DNA of 63,621 bases, counting the filler, from Octopus bimaculoides (Eukaryota): assembly GCF_001194135.2 (NCBI RefSeq). It is 9 parts of 7 records of this genome, joined end to end, with 100 filler letters (N's around TTAATTAATTAA, not from the genome) between each part and the next. Parts side by side here need not be neighbours in the genome. Positions count along the whole stretch, not along the records: positions 8,459 to 28,284 come from NC_068981.1; positions 28,385 to 33,112 come from NC_068983.1; positions 33,213 to 38,066 come from NC_068992.1; 6 more parts are not named here. One strand, 5' to 3'. Under the pieces are notes generated by a model. It was given only the letters and a program-made list of their open reading frames with translations, did not search any database and had not been told where the DNA came from. This document shows, piece by piece, positions 24,015-37,668 of the stretch; positions within the stretch are counted from its first letter, which is position 1, and the number at the start of each line of letters is the position of its first letter. A program made the translations under genes and the position numbers.

Positions 24015-25249
24015 AGCAATTTTCTAAAAGTATAAGAAAGTATGTAGCTGGCAAAAAAAAATGTAAAAGACATTTATCTAACACATATTGCGTTTTATAA
24101 AAACAGAATTTAATGTAGGTTGTAAGATCTATAAACATATTACATTTTCTTAAATATAGCTGTCATGCTATTGTGGCTGTTGAGTTGCTTTGAGAGATGA
24201 TATGATATCGAATAGTAGAATAAATTTTTTGATAACAAAAGATAAATTTGTTTTGGTAATCACAGCATCAAGCGGACTTCAAAAGAATTTCGCTGCCAGA
24301 TTTCTCAGACACAGTATATTTATTTCGTCAAATACAATAAAATACAATAGGTGCCATTCATGTGTTACTGAAGTTGCATTAAAATGAGATTATAAATCAT
24401 GGAACTGCATGCTATTTTGATTGTATCTATAATAATTAATACAACACTCTTATTCACACAGTTGTACCTTTCCTTGATTTACATCTTCCGTAAGTCTCAG
24501 AATCGATAATAAAATTCTAAGCAACGAAGAAATCATTTATGTTAAAATGTAAACAGTTCATTTCAACACTGCCAGTTAGATTCAGACGATTTTTTCCACA
24601 GGAAAAGAAAAAAAACTCTTTTCAACTAAATTCATACAAAATTTTTAATATTTTATGTATTGAAACAAACAAATACGAGGCTGCATTTATAGAAATAAAT
24701 CTCTGGTTTGTGGTAATTTTTTTGCTATTTCTACGAAGGGTGTGATTCTAATATTTTAAAAGAAAAGAAAGTTGCCTCTCAATGGTTTTAGTTGCTTTTC
24801 GAATAGAAAACTCTGTTCAACCGGAAATTAAAAGCAAATTTTTACATCAGTTAGCCGGAGGTTTAACACCTGCTTTGAAGAAAATGAGCAAGAAGTTTTA
24901 TGATTGATGGGTAAATTACTTTTATTCCACGCTTATTTGAATAAACTTTGCTAAGCATTACATTCGAAATATGTTTGAATATTTCAATACTCTAGATTAT
25001 GAAAGGCTTTTAATGGCTCTTGATATTTTGGTAAAATACCCTTCCATAGCCCAGAGAATTAAATATAATTCCAACATATATCAGAATCAATGGATATATC
25101 AAACGTGATGACAAATATATAATTGTGTTTTCCAGTAATAATGAAGATGACCAAAATGACTATTTTGAAGTCTTCTATCTTCAAAAAATGTTTGAAGATG
25201 AAGTCTGTATGTTGTTGACTTGAAGCAAATGTGCAAGAATGAAGGGTTG

Positions 25250-25704
<455 letters not shown>

Positions 25705-26442
25705 TCACATAAATAAAAATATATATTGTACCTCGTTGCTATGAAACTTTTGAAGGAAAATCTTTATGATTGTGGTACGTGTAATTATTATTTTCATTGT
25801 GAATGTGAATGCGTTGATGGATAAGTTTCGTATGGTAGTAGAACATCCATGGCTTTTCCTTCGACTCAAGAGATCAGACGTCGTTGATATAGGTATTATG
25901 GTTCTCAACATCTTTATGGCGGTTTCAGTGTCAGATGTGTCAAGTGTGATGGATCGGTAGAATCGGTAGAGTGATAAACAAAATACTTTGTATCATATAG
26001 TTACTTCTCTTAACGTTCTAAGTTTAAATTCTGTCGACATCAACTTTACCTTGGGGGTGGTGGAGTGGTAATCAATAAAGTGCCAGAGAAGTACGAAGTT
26101 AATGTGACATTATGCTCATATCAGAAGTCCGTATTGAATGTAAAGCTGATTAAAACATCTTGAAGATGTTAATGCTCAATTGAGAAATTTAATTTGAAGA
26201 ATTAGATACCAAATTTTACTTCTATCCTTCTTCCTCAATACCGAAAACCACTTCACATTTATATATTCCGCACAAACATTGATCTGCAAAAGTTCAAATT
26301 GTCAATGATCTATATTAATACTGGCCAGATGTTTCTAAACTGTAGTTTCAGAGAAATTGGAAAAGCGATGAGAATTTCCTGAATTTCTCTGACTAAACTA
26401 AAATCAGTAAAAGCATTTGGCTTCATATTTACAACTTCATAC

Positions 26443-26692
26443 TTGGTACTTTTCATATCTACCACTTGGTACTCTTCATGTCTACCGCTGATACTCTTCA
26501 TATCTACCTATTGGTACACTTCATATCTGCCTATTGATGCTCTTCATATTTGCTTATTGATACTCTTCATATCTACGTATAGGTACTCTTCGTATTTACT
26601 ACTCGGTGCTCTTCTTAATTACTTATTGGTACTTTTCATATCTACCATTTGGTACTCTTTATATCTACCTATTGGCACTTTTCATATCTATT
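26443..26692 (+). repeat. Minisatellite, about 11 copies of a 23-bp unit (TTGGTACTCTTCATATCTACCTA)
   Basis: The periodic unit is directly visible. It explains ORFs 26310-26501 and 26443-26868. Confidence 0.9.
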
Positions 26693-28087
26693 ACTTGAAA
26701 TCATTCATAGTTGCAAATCTAGGACATTGCAACTCTTCTAGGTATTTTGAAATATTATTTAGAGCAGTCACAGATTCAAATGTCTCCTTCATTGAAAGTT
26801 TATTTGACATTAAGTATTATTGGAAACTTATGAAATCTTTAGGCACATTTATAAAAATATTGATGTGAAAAACTCCAGCAATATGTTGAAAATTTAATGC
26901 AACTATGGATTAATTAATCAATGAAAACAAACAAACAAAAAAACAGAATTGATTCTAGCGACAGATGACATAAAATCCATTTGGTCAAATAGTAATACGT
27001 TAAGCACACACAGTCATACACAGACACATACGCACGCATGAAATAACAGCTAAAATATAATGATAATGATATCAAACAATTTTGTACATCTGCTTATTGA
27101 TTTTTTTCACGAATACTTTCATTAGTATAGTAAAAGACAATGCATCACTGACGGGACCATAGTGTGAACGAAATATAACCGGAGTTGTGACATACAGATT
27201 TTCTATTTAATTTAGTACTTTGTGCAGTGGGTGTGTACAAAAGCTTTTCTTGTTGCCTGCTGGAGCAGCGATATGATCTAAGCCATTTCAGCTGTTCACC
27301 AGGCAATCTTTTTATATAACATATAGAAGTACATTATCCAATGGTTACCATCTCTTTTTAAGGAGAGAAAGGAGTGATTTATGAGAGATTGGCACTTATT
27401 TCTAGCGAGTCAAGCGGCCTACTAGATAACCCCGTCATTGACTCGAAGTTATTCAAGTTCATTGTTACTGATGTATGTGAGGAATATGTATTCGCCCGTA
27501 GTATTTCACGGACGCCGTATTCTGATTTGTAACGATTACAAAACCTCTTTTATGCAGTAACTGTAGTTTTATTCATAATTCCACATAATTTAATGAGTTT
27601 TATGGTTTTATATTTAAAATATTTCGTTATACTATCCACAAACGTGTTATTAGAGCTACGATTAACTACGCCAAATCCGACTGAAATAACACCAGGTTGG
27701 CGCGCATAAAATATACACTTTGGCGAAATGATTTATTATATAACTAGAATAATTATAATCATTTAGTTTACTATAAAAGCTAGCAGCTTTAGCGAAAACG
27801 GTGATATTTATGCGTTGGTGTATATAATAATATATAGAGGAAACCTACGAATATACAGATTACTCCGTGCATAGAATTTTCCAGGGAAGAGTTTTAATCA
27901 AGTGCGACTTGTTAGTACCAGTTCAGTTGCACATACTCTGAATAACATCTTTATTAATATATAAGAAAGCTTGATAGCTTAAGGTGGTTTGATTTAATGC
28001 ATGCACAATGGTGATATCTATGATAGATTGAAGTTGAACATATACAAAATTATGGAAAGTATGTATGTACATATGCATGCATGTATG

Positions 28088-28130
<43 letters not shown>

Positions 28131-28140
28131 NNNNNNNNNN

Positions 28141-28185
<45 letters not shown>

Positions 28186-28461
28186 CTGCATATAAGTGTA
28201 AGTGACTGTGTGAGTGTATGTGTGTGTGCATACATGTAAGAATGTATACATACATATATATTTATATACATATATATATATATANNNNNNNNNNNNNNNN
28301 NNNNNNNNNNNNNNNNNNNNNNNNNNNNTTAATTAATTAANNNNNNNNNNNNNNNNNNNNNNNNNNNNNNNNNNNNNNNNNNNNATACATATGTACATAT
28401 ACATGTATGCATACATAGCAACATATAAATGTGAATATGTTTATATTGTATTATGTTATAT

Positions 28462-28509
<48 letters not shown>

Positions 28510-28949
28510 TATATTATATTATATTATATTATATTATATTGCAGTGATATCGGATAGATCTGAAAATTCGTAGAGGCTGATGCGCTCTAGCTATAATACC
28601 TTGCAGATCTGAAAGACTAGAAAGTAATACTTTCTGATAATCTTTAAAAGTATTGGAAGAAATTTTCGATAAATTTCTCGGAGGAGAAGGATTTGAGTAT
28701 AGTTAGATTTAAGGATCTGACATTAAACTCAAATTTTATAGGATGTTTATTCTTTCTTTTTGTATGACAATGACAAGATCTTTTCTATCTAAACTCTTTC
28801 CAACTATGTAATAGATAAACATAACTGACTGTCTAACCGGAATCGAAGCAGAGAGCTTAACTTTCTTCTTCGTTTAAGTTTCTAAAGGAAGAGATTAGTC
28901 ATGTTGTTATTGCTATGAGGAAGAAGTCGTTGTTTTTAAAATAAACAAA

Positions 28950-29208
28950 CGTTATTATTATTATTATTATTATTATTAATAATATTATTATTATCATTAT
29001 TATTATTACTATTACTACTACTACTACTAATATTATTATTACTACTACTACTGCAACTACTACTACTACTACTACTACTAATATTATTATAATTATTATT
29101 TTTACTACTACTACTATTATTATTACAACTACTGCTACTGCTACTACTACTATTATTATTATTATTATTATTTTTACTACTACTACTACTACCACTACTA
29201 TTATTACA

Positions 29209-29248
<40 letters not shown>

Positions 29249-29272
29249 TTATTATTATTATTATTATTATTC
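28950..29272. repeat. Compound (TAT/TAC)n trinucleotide microsatellite
   Basis: Directly visible. Similar long tracts lie at 29905-30060 (ATT/GTT), 31481-31545 (ATT), 43140-43315 (CAT), 51570-51850 (ACT/GCT) and 59830-59985 (AGT/AGG). Confidence 0.95.
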
Positions 29273-29273
29273 A

Positions 29274-29490
29274 GGCGGCGACCTGGCAGAACCGTTGGCA
29301 CGCCGGGCGAAATGCTTATCGGTATTTCGTCCATCGTTACGTTCGGAGTTCAAATTCTGCCGTGGTTGACTTTGCCTTTCATCCTTTCGCGCTCGATAAA
29401 TTAAAGTACCATTGAAATTCTGGGGTCAATGTAATTGACTAGCACCCTCCCGCAGAATTTCGGGCCTTTTGCCTATAATAGAAAGCATGA
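29274..29490 (+). mobile_element. SINE family A copy
   Basis: Same head, B box and body, directly after an (ATT)n run. Confidence 0.85.
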
Positions 29491-29499
29491 TTATCATAC

Positions 29500-29903
29500 T
29501 CTTACTCTTTACTCTTTTACGTGTTTCAGTTATTTGACTGCGGCCATGCTGGAGCTCCGCCTTTTGTCGAGCAAATCGACCCCAGGACTTATTCTTTGTA
29601 AGCCTAGTACTTATTCTATCGGTATGTGTTGCCGAAACGCTAAGTTACGGGGACGTAAACACACCAGCATCGGTTGTCAAGTGATGTTGGCGGGGACAAA
29701 CACAGGCACACACACACACATATAAATATATACACATATAAACGACGGGCTTCTTTCAGTTTCCGTCTACCATATCCACTCACAAGGCTTTGGTCGGCTC
29801 GAGGCTCTATAGTAGACACTTGCACAATATGCCATGGAGTGGGACTGAACCCAGAACCATGTGGTTGGTAAGCAAGCTACTTACCACACAGCCACTTCTA
29901 CGC
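29500..29903 (-). mobile_element. tRNA-derived SINE family B with CORE-like segment and internal (TG/TA)n, near full length
   Basis: Head GGCGTAGAAGTGGCTGTGTGGTAAG...GGGTTCAGTCCC, then GTGCAAGTGTCTACTATAG, an internal microsatellite, and tail CCAGCATGGCCGCAGTC...GTAAAAGAGTAAGAGT. Partial copies at about 3320-3440(-), 11070-11290(+), 18605-18935(+) and 37240-37495(+). Confidence 0.8.
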
Positions 29904-29904
29904 C

Positions 29905-29969
<65 letters not shown>

Positions 29970-29989
29970 TTATTATTTTTATTATTATT

Positions 29990-30022
<33 letters not shown>

Positions 30023-30064
30023 GCTGCTGGTGTTGTTGTTGTTGTTGTGGTTGTTGTTGTTTTT

Positions 30065-31479
30065 ATTTTATTGTCTTTGCACAGATTCTAACGCTGGAGA
30101 TGTACTATGTTGTCAACCGTTCATTACCAGTGAACTAAGTTAATGCCCCATATTTTTCGCGCACCATCCGTAGTATCCGAGCGGTTCTAAGCAGTGCTGT
30201 TTTCTGCAAGTGCTCCACCCTTATTGCTGCCCCTATTTGTTCCATGTACTTCTCAAGATTTTTATTCACTGCTTCCAGGGCTCCGATAATTATTGGCACT
30301 ATTACCACCTTTTTCAGCGACCACAACTGCTTAACCTCCCAAGCTAACCTGCTATACCGTTCGACTTTTCTTTCTTCCTTATCGCACACTAGGGCATACT
30401 ATATCTATGATCCAGCATCGTTTGCTTTCTTCTTCAATTAACACTATGTCTGGTTTCCTATTCTTTATCTCACGGTCGCACTGAATCATAAAATCCCATA
30501 CGATCTTTCCATTTTCGATGATGCCTTCGGGTTTGTAGTCGTACCACATTTTTGCTCTGTCAAGTCCAGACTTTTTGCAAAGTGTCTTTACGTTTTCACC
30601 ATTTTGCCCACAGATTCTGCACTTATCACTTTCTGATCTGTTGTCTATTCTGTATTTGATGTGATTGGTACTATATGCTTGCCCTTGGGCAGCACAGATT
30701 AGAGCCTCCATTTCCGGTTTTAAATCACTTCTATTCATCCATAACCATCTTTTTCCTCTGTCTGTCTTATCTTCAACATCCCTATGAAATTTTCTATGCA
30801 TTCTTTCTTTTATCGACCTGCTTTCAGTTTCATTCATTTTCAAATGCTTGTATAGTGCCTTATCTTTGCAGTCTTCCATTCTACACAATCCTGACCTTCT
30901 TACTTCCAATAATAGCGGTTCTGTGGCATTTTTACATACCATACTATGTTGTTTTCTTCTGCTATATTGCTGTGCTCGCATCCAATCAGTCCTCTTCCCC
31001 CTCTTTTTCTTGGTTCGTACCGTCTGTCTGTGTTACTTTTTTGGTTGGAGTATCCCTTGTCTAGTCAGCAACTTACTTGTCTTTCTGTCTAAGCTGCTTA
31101 GTTCGTGTACTGTCCATGTGATTACTCCTGCTCCATATCTATGTAGTGAAACCATCAAGGTGTTGAGTGCTTCAGTCTTAAGGATCAGTCTCAGTCTGTG
31201 CAAGTACTCTACCTTAAATTTTTCTGTCATTTCTTTCTCCATTAATTTCTCCATTTCCAAAATCCCGAAGTACTTATAGCCCGTCTCTTCTATCTGCTTC
31301 ATAGTCTACCCCGACGGTATCGTTAGTCGGTCCATACATTTGATTTTGCCTCTTTTCAAGACTAACACACCGCATTTTTCAGTCCAAACACCACTCTGAT
31401 ATCAACACTGAAAGTATCCACTGTATCAACGAGGGAACAGACTTGGCATTCATCTTTACCATAAAGTTTGAGATCATCG

Positions 31480-31480
<1 letters not shown>
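30065..31480 (-). mobile_element. Degenerate 5'-truncated R4/Dong-clade non-LTR retrotransposon (RT C-terminal half, zinc knuckle, restriction-like endonuclease)
   Basis: Starts at IDDLKLYGKDE (RT catalytic DD motif), then YKYFGILE, CRICG (knuckle), IVWDFMIQCDREIKNRKPDIVLI...IIDIVCP (PD-D/ExK), and KVERYSRLAWEVKQLW...LQKTALLRTARILR. Frameshifted. Confidence 0.88.
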
Positions 31481-31529
<49 letters not shown>

Positions 31530-31965
31530 TATTATTATTATTGTTAACGATTATCCCAGCTTGCACGGTTCGGTCCTTTATTGCAATTGTTAGTTAATGG
31601 ATATGTGTGCGTGTGTGTGTGAGTGAGTGTGTGTGTGTGTCTGTGTGTGTATTCACCATGATAGATCGCTAACCACTAAACACATTTTGTTTCTCTCCTT
31701 GTTTCTTTCTGTGTTCCTTTCTGTGGAAGAGCGTAGGCTCGAAACGTTAAAGACTTTTTCAATTCCCGAGCGTTATACTAATACATCTGTTTGTTTTCTA
31801 CACCACCTGTCTTTGTCTGTTTGTTTGTTTTTTTTGTGAATTCTCCCTATATACATATATATATATATATACATTTTACAAGATTCTTAATGTGAAATCG
31901 GTGTTGAAACAATGGTTGATCATTAGTAACTAAAGACACACAAATAAAAAGAAGAAAACAAAGGA

Positions 31966-32005
31966 CCACTGATGAGGTCACAGAAGTGTGACGAAAGAAC
32001 TCTGG
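31966..32005 (+). ncRNA. Minimal type I hammerhead ribozyme-like motif with an intact core
   Basis: CCA-CTGATGA-g-GTCAC agaagt GTGAC-GAAA-G aa C-TC-TGG. Confidence 0.5.
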
Positions 32006-32599
32006 CCGAAATGCGATTAATGTAAAACATAGAATAAAGCTGAAGCAAATTAACTCCAAATATATATAGTGTGTGTGTGTGTTTTTTTTATTGGCTAAAC
32101 TGGCAACATGACCATCCGCAAATACAACAATATATATAGATCGGAAGAGCGTNNNNNNNNNNNNNNNNNNNNNNNNNNNNNNNNNNNNNNNNNNNNNNNN
32201 NNNNNNNNNNNNNNNNNNNNNNNNNNNNNNNNNNNNNNNNNNNNNNNNNNNNNNNNNNNNNNNNNNNNNNNNNNNNNNNNNNNNNNNNNNNNNNNNNNNN
32301 NNNNNNNNNNNNNNNNNNNNNNNNNNNNNNNNNNNNNNNNNNNNNNNNNNNNNNNNNNNNNNNNNNNNNNNNNNNNNNNNATATATATATATATATATAC
32401 AAGTTTGAGGAGGGTATTGGATTTAACCAAACCCAAACAGATACAGGTAATACCGAGTAAGTGCTGTATACCGACTAGTTTTGCCCCGGTCGTTGTATGA
32501 ACAGGATTGGGGATTACAAGTCGTGTATTAACGTGTGTATGTATAAATATATAAAAAGATAAAGAGAGCAATGGTAAAGCTGGAAATATATTTTATGGA

Positions 32600-33000
32600 T
32601 AGCGTCTTACAGCTGTTTCTGGGAAGATCCAGTACTTCCCTTCATCGGAGAAAGAAATAGTAAAGGAATCGATTATTATATCCATAGGCGGAGAGTTACA
32701 GTATGAAGTGAGAGTGAGTGTGATGCGCTGAAAAAAGAAAGAAGGAGAGAACAGTACTTGGGGTGTAGTTTAATTCCAGTAGTAAGCATCCGTGTAAAGT
32801 AATCCTTGTGGGAATTTTTCGGAAATAGTTGCTGCAGCAAAGGCTGAGATAGCAGAGGTGTATATATGCCATATTGTGCCCGAGGTATATTGCTTGTGTT
32901 TACTTGAAGGATGCCCAAGTCAAGTGAGAAATGTGCGTAGGGTAAGTAGGTCAAGTCTCGAAGACAGAATGGGAAGGGGATAGAGGAAAGATTCAGGTGG
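32600..33000 (-). mobile_element. Probable Penelope-like RT C-terminal remnant
   Basis: TYLPYAH...TSNIPRAQYGIYTPLLS...FTRML resembles the YLxxxSxHP...NIPxSQ region of PLE RTs. Weak match. Confidence 0.4.
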
Positions 33001-33569
33001 AGAATGGTAGTGGTATATTTTTATGGTCAGTTGATCTGACTGGATAGAGAGGATGAGTATAGTGAGGGAAGGAGGAAGGGGGATTGAGGTTAAATGGTTT
33101 AGTGAGGAGGAANNNNNNNNNNNNNNNNNNNNNNNNNNNNNNNNNNNNNNNNNNNNTTAATTAATTAANNNNNNNNNNNNNNNNNNNNNNNNNNNNNNNN
33201 NNNNNNNNNNNNGAACATTTTGAACTTGTCCCTAAAGTTTCAAACATAATGTGGGAGAGAGGTGATGTTGGTTCTATGTTCCATCAATAAATTTGAAAGA
33301 GTATATGTGTTGTTTGAATCTGCTTTTAAATGTCTATTGCAAACAAAAAGGCTTAACATGAATCCAGAAAACCTTTAAGAATCATATGGTTTTACTTAGA
33401 CAGTATCTGTTGAAAAACAGCCGCCAAAATAAATACATCAATAAATTTCTTAAAAAAAGAGGTAAAAATCTTATGGACTTGTGAATGCCCTGAGAACTAC
33501 TGTCTTCCATACAACCGTAGAATTACTGGATGAATATACCTTAACAAAAACCTGGAAGAAACAGCTCTG

Positions 33570-33960
33570 CAGCAAGCTGGCAGAAACGTTAGCCTGCCAG
33601 GTGAAACGCTTAACGGTATTTCGTCTATCTTTACATTCTGAGTTCAAATTCCACCGAGATCAACTTTGCTTTTCATCCTTTCAGGGTCGATAAATTAAGT
33701 ACCAGTTGCATACCAGTATGACCCCACCTCCCCAAACATTTCGGGCCTTATGCCTAGAGTAGAAAAGAATATTAACATTAACAATAGGGTGGCAAGCTGG
33801 AAAAATTAATAGCTCAGCAAGCAAAATGGTTAGCAACATTTCGACCATATTTATGTTCTGAATTCAAATTCCACCCAGGTCATCTTTGCCTTCATTCCTT
33901 ATTGGGTTGATAAAATAAGTACCAGTTGAATACTGGTGTTCAATAAAACCAACTTATTTT
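33570..33960 (+). mobile_element. Two tandem SINE family A copies
   Basis: Two AAGCTGG..AA..GTTAG heads, each followed by GAGTTCAAATTCC and the family body. Confidence 0.75.
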
Positions 33961-35499
33961 ATTAACTTGTTTTATGGCTAACATCATCATAATAGTTCCG
34001 TTGTTTTTAGTGGCAACAGACAATCTCTGAATAAATGAAAATATCAAACAAATATTGTACAGGAACATCTGTAGGAAGATTTGTGCATCATAGACAAAAG
34101 AAAGAAAAAGAAAACAAAGGAATACTAAGGATTGTTTTTGAAGTGAATTTTCAAATTCAGTTTGTTACTTTAAAGAACTTCCTGTTCTCAGTTACTATTT
34201 AAGTGAATTATACATACACACATATGTATGTGTATACAAACATGAATGTATGCATGTAATCATGTGCCTATATTTATATATAACTGCCTATATAACACAC
34301 ACACACACATTTAAATAAAGCCACACCAATATACTAAGATTACCCACACATGTGCTCATGCAATTTTATTGAATAAATATATCTCACTTTAGACTCAACT
34401 TCAAAATTTGTTAGGAGTGGATTAGATGTAGCCGTGTAGCACATACATATAGATTCCACACTCTTCATTAGATTTAGTTTATCAAACCAACGAAAGAACT
34501 AACAAGCAAACTGACCCCAACAAGATTTGAAATCAGAATATAAAGGATCAAAATTTAAAAAAAAAAACCATTTAGCTTGACGCTGTATTGATTCAGAGCA
34601 GTCACTGATTTGTGGAAATCACATTTTTAATTAACCAGTAAGTTGTGGTTCCTTATTTCCTCTACTTGTTTGTTTTTATCTTTTATCTTTCACTTGCTTC
34701 ATTCATTGAAATATAGAACATGCCGTGGCACAACCTTGAAGGGTTCAGGAGTTTTCAACCATTTCTCACCCACAGACCCCTTTCATTACTATTTTATTCT
34801 GGTTGACCCCCATCTCATTACTATTCAATGTTCAAAAACTAGTTTTATAGAAACTTCTTTTACAAATACTTATTTTGTTTTTCACACATTAACTTGAGTA
34901 GGTTGAACCTTATAAAATGTTAGAGAAAAACCACCCAGCTATTTCTTGCAATACATAACAATACATACATATAAAGCAAAATTTTTAATGGGCCTTTAAA
35001 ATAGTATTGTGGATCCCCAATATATTATTTTGTTGCTTGAACCCACAAAAATCTTATATGGCCCCTGAGGCTGGGTACTTATTCTATTAGGCTCTATCAT
35101 CAGACCACTAAGTTATGGGAATGTAAACAACAATGACTCCCACAACAGAATCTAAACATACCACCTGGTGTATTAATTATTATTTCTTCTCTGAGCAAAC
35201 TTGGAAATGTCCAAAATCTATTGAAAAATAGTCATTTGTGCATTCTTATGTCAAATTCGCCTTTCATTCTTTCGGGGTTGATGAAAACAAAAAGTATTAC
35301 TCCAGGGAGACGGATGAACAGAACTGCAAAAACATTGGATCGAGTATCTTGTGGTGTTTGTTCCAACTCTATGCGTTTTTTGAGTTCAAATCTTGTCATA
35401 GTTTTGTTTGGGTGACAACCTTCACTTGTTGTCCAATTTAACACCACTGTCTGCTATCTTAGGTGCTTTCACTGGAGTCCACTATATTCTTTTCTACTC

Positions 35500-35700
35500 T
35501 AGGCACAAGGCCCGAAATTCTGGGGGGGGAAGGGGGCAGTCATTTACACCGACTCCAGTAGGCAACTGGTACTTAATTTATCGACCCTGAAAGGATAAAA
35601 GGCAAAGTTGACCCTGGCAGAATTTTAACTCAGAACATAAAGACAGACAAAACACCGCCAAGCATTTCACCTGGTGTGCTAACGTTTCTGCCACCTTAGG
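35500..35700 (-). mobile_element. SINE family A copy
   Basis: Reverse complement of the family body and head (CTGGCAGAAACGTTAGCAC). Confidence 0.75.
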
Positions 35701-36799
35701 AGTCCATTACATTGCACACATTCAGATTAGGTCTTTGATTTGAGGTTACTTTCCTTCTTCCCTCTCACTCATCTTAAAGTGTTCTGTATGTGTGTGTATA
35801 TATACACAGACATTAGTACACATACATACATACACACACATATATAAATAGATTTTCACTACTCATAATTGTAAATAGGATAACAGTATTTATGATGATA
35901 TTATGTTTATTAACAAATGCTAATTGTATTAAAAATACATCGTAGTGTGTATATATAGATATATATTATAAAATTTATTGGCAGTAATAAACTTGTAATT
36001 TTTTTATTGCTATATAAATGCACATTCCCTTAACACAATTGCATTTCATCTTATTGCACTGCGTTTTACATTATTGATGTTTGCGCTTCATTCATGTTGA
36101 ATGATTTTCCAGCATTCTTCTCATATGCATGACATATGTATACTTACACATATATGCTATAGAATATATGACACAATGATATCAACCCAATGTATTAAGA
36201 CATGCTGTCTTAAACATAGCATGTCTGCACTAGTATATATGCATTATATTACATTATATATTATATAATATTGTATTATATTACTCATCAGTTGTCAACC
36301 AAATATTTATATTGAGCACACACATACATATACATATACACGTGTCTGCCATTTCTATTTTGTTGTAATCTCCACTATTTCACACTTGCATGAGTTACAT
36401 GTAACTTGTTGAAGCTGATTTTCCTGAGGCTTGACCACCTTCCTGTCCCCAGCACTCACCTGTTTCCAACAAAGGTAAAATTTCATCCAGACTTTTGAAC
36501 AATGAACAGTTTAATGTTCAGAACATGCCTTTGTGGATGTTTCCTTCTCTTCAGAAGTACTAAATACATGTGTACCATTACCCATCTGTATCCCTTTCTC
36601 ACTCACAATGCCACAAATCTCTTTAGTTCCGTCTCACAATCCTGCTCATATTTCTGATCTTAATGACAAAAATCATTGGCAAACCTCTCCCATTCTACTT
36701 TATCCTTTGCTAAATAAATCTGTCACAGAGTTTCCCTTCTACTTACTTGGTATCATTCTCAGTTTTACCCTTTTCCCAGTTTTTCCAAGCCTGTCTCTG

Positions 36800-37100
36800 C
36801 TATTCTGGTTCTGTCCACCTCACTGATTCACCACATCACCTTCGTTCTGGCTGGAATAGCACCACCACCCTGCCACCCCACCAATCTACCTACCATGCTC
36901 ATTCCATGCTGAGTAGGAGATACAAATATCTCAAAATAGCCAAAACTAGGTGCTAAAGCACATGTGTTGGAAATTCTGGTCTTGCTGATGGCTGTTACAT
37001 CCAAACCTTGTGACCTGATGTTATTGAGCAGGTGATCTTGCATCCAGGGTAATTCCAGACCATATATACTTATGCATCCCATTCTCAGAGCCACCAATCT
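36800..37100 (-). mobile_element. Degenerate APE endonuclease N-terminus of a LINE
   Basis: LRMGCISIYGL...HLLNNIRSQGLDVTAISKTR matches the xxWNVxGL...D(I/V)xxLxET start of APE domains. Confidence 0.5.
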
Positions 37101-37529
37101 GGCTGAAAGATAGTGACGTAAAAAGGAAACAAGTTACTTACCCATTTTGTGGTTCTGGAGACGATGTGATTCAGTTTCCATGGTGTTTTAGGTTTCTTTT
37201 GAAAAGTCCTTTTGCAGCCTTCTATTGGTCCTTACATTCAAACTTCCGACATCCCTCGTAACTACGTGTGTGTGTCTTTGTGTCTGTGTTTGTCCCCCCC
37301 ATCACTGCTTGACAAATGGTGTTGATGTGTTTAGATCCCCATAACTTAGTAGTTCAGCAAAAGGAACCAATAGAATAAATAAATACTAGGCTTAAAAAAA
37401 TAAGTCTTGGGGTCGATTTGTTCGACTAAAACCCTTTAAGGCAGTGCTCCAGCATGGCTGAAGTCAAATAACTGAAACAAGTAAAAGAATTAAATTAAAA
37501 AATCCCATGTTTTTTAAACATAGTGTACC

Positions 37530-37650
37530 TGAAACAACATTATCCAATGTGCTCTTCCTGTTTTAAGATGGTATGGTTAGAGTCGAGAGAGACTTAACTG
37601 CTATTTCTACCAGGTCAGACAATCATGTGGAAGGTCCCTCATTAGCACAC
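37530..37650 (+). repeat. Dispersed repeat family E (about 120 bp); other copies at about 17290-17400(+), 27320-27450(+) and 50715-50850(-)
   Basis: Shared CATTATCCAAT...TTTTAA...CT.TT.CTA.CAG.T...G.C motifs. Class unknown. Confidence 0.5.
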
Positions 37651-37668
37651 AAGTACACATATTTGTAA

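Noticed and set aside
28899-29334. Low-complexity ORFs (poly-I/V/N/S/L, HT, CV, YI repeats) here and throughout
   Set aside because: They are translations of microsatellites.
32138-32152. AGATCGGAAGAGCGT directly before a gap
   Set aside because: It matches the Illumina adapter start, so it is assembly contamination rather than biology.
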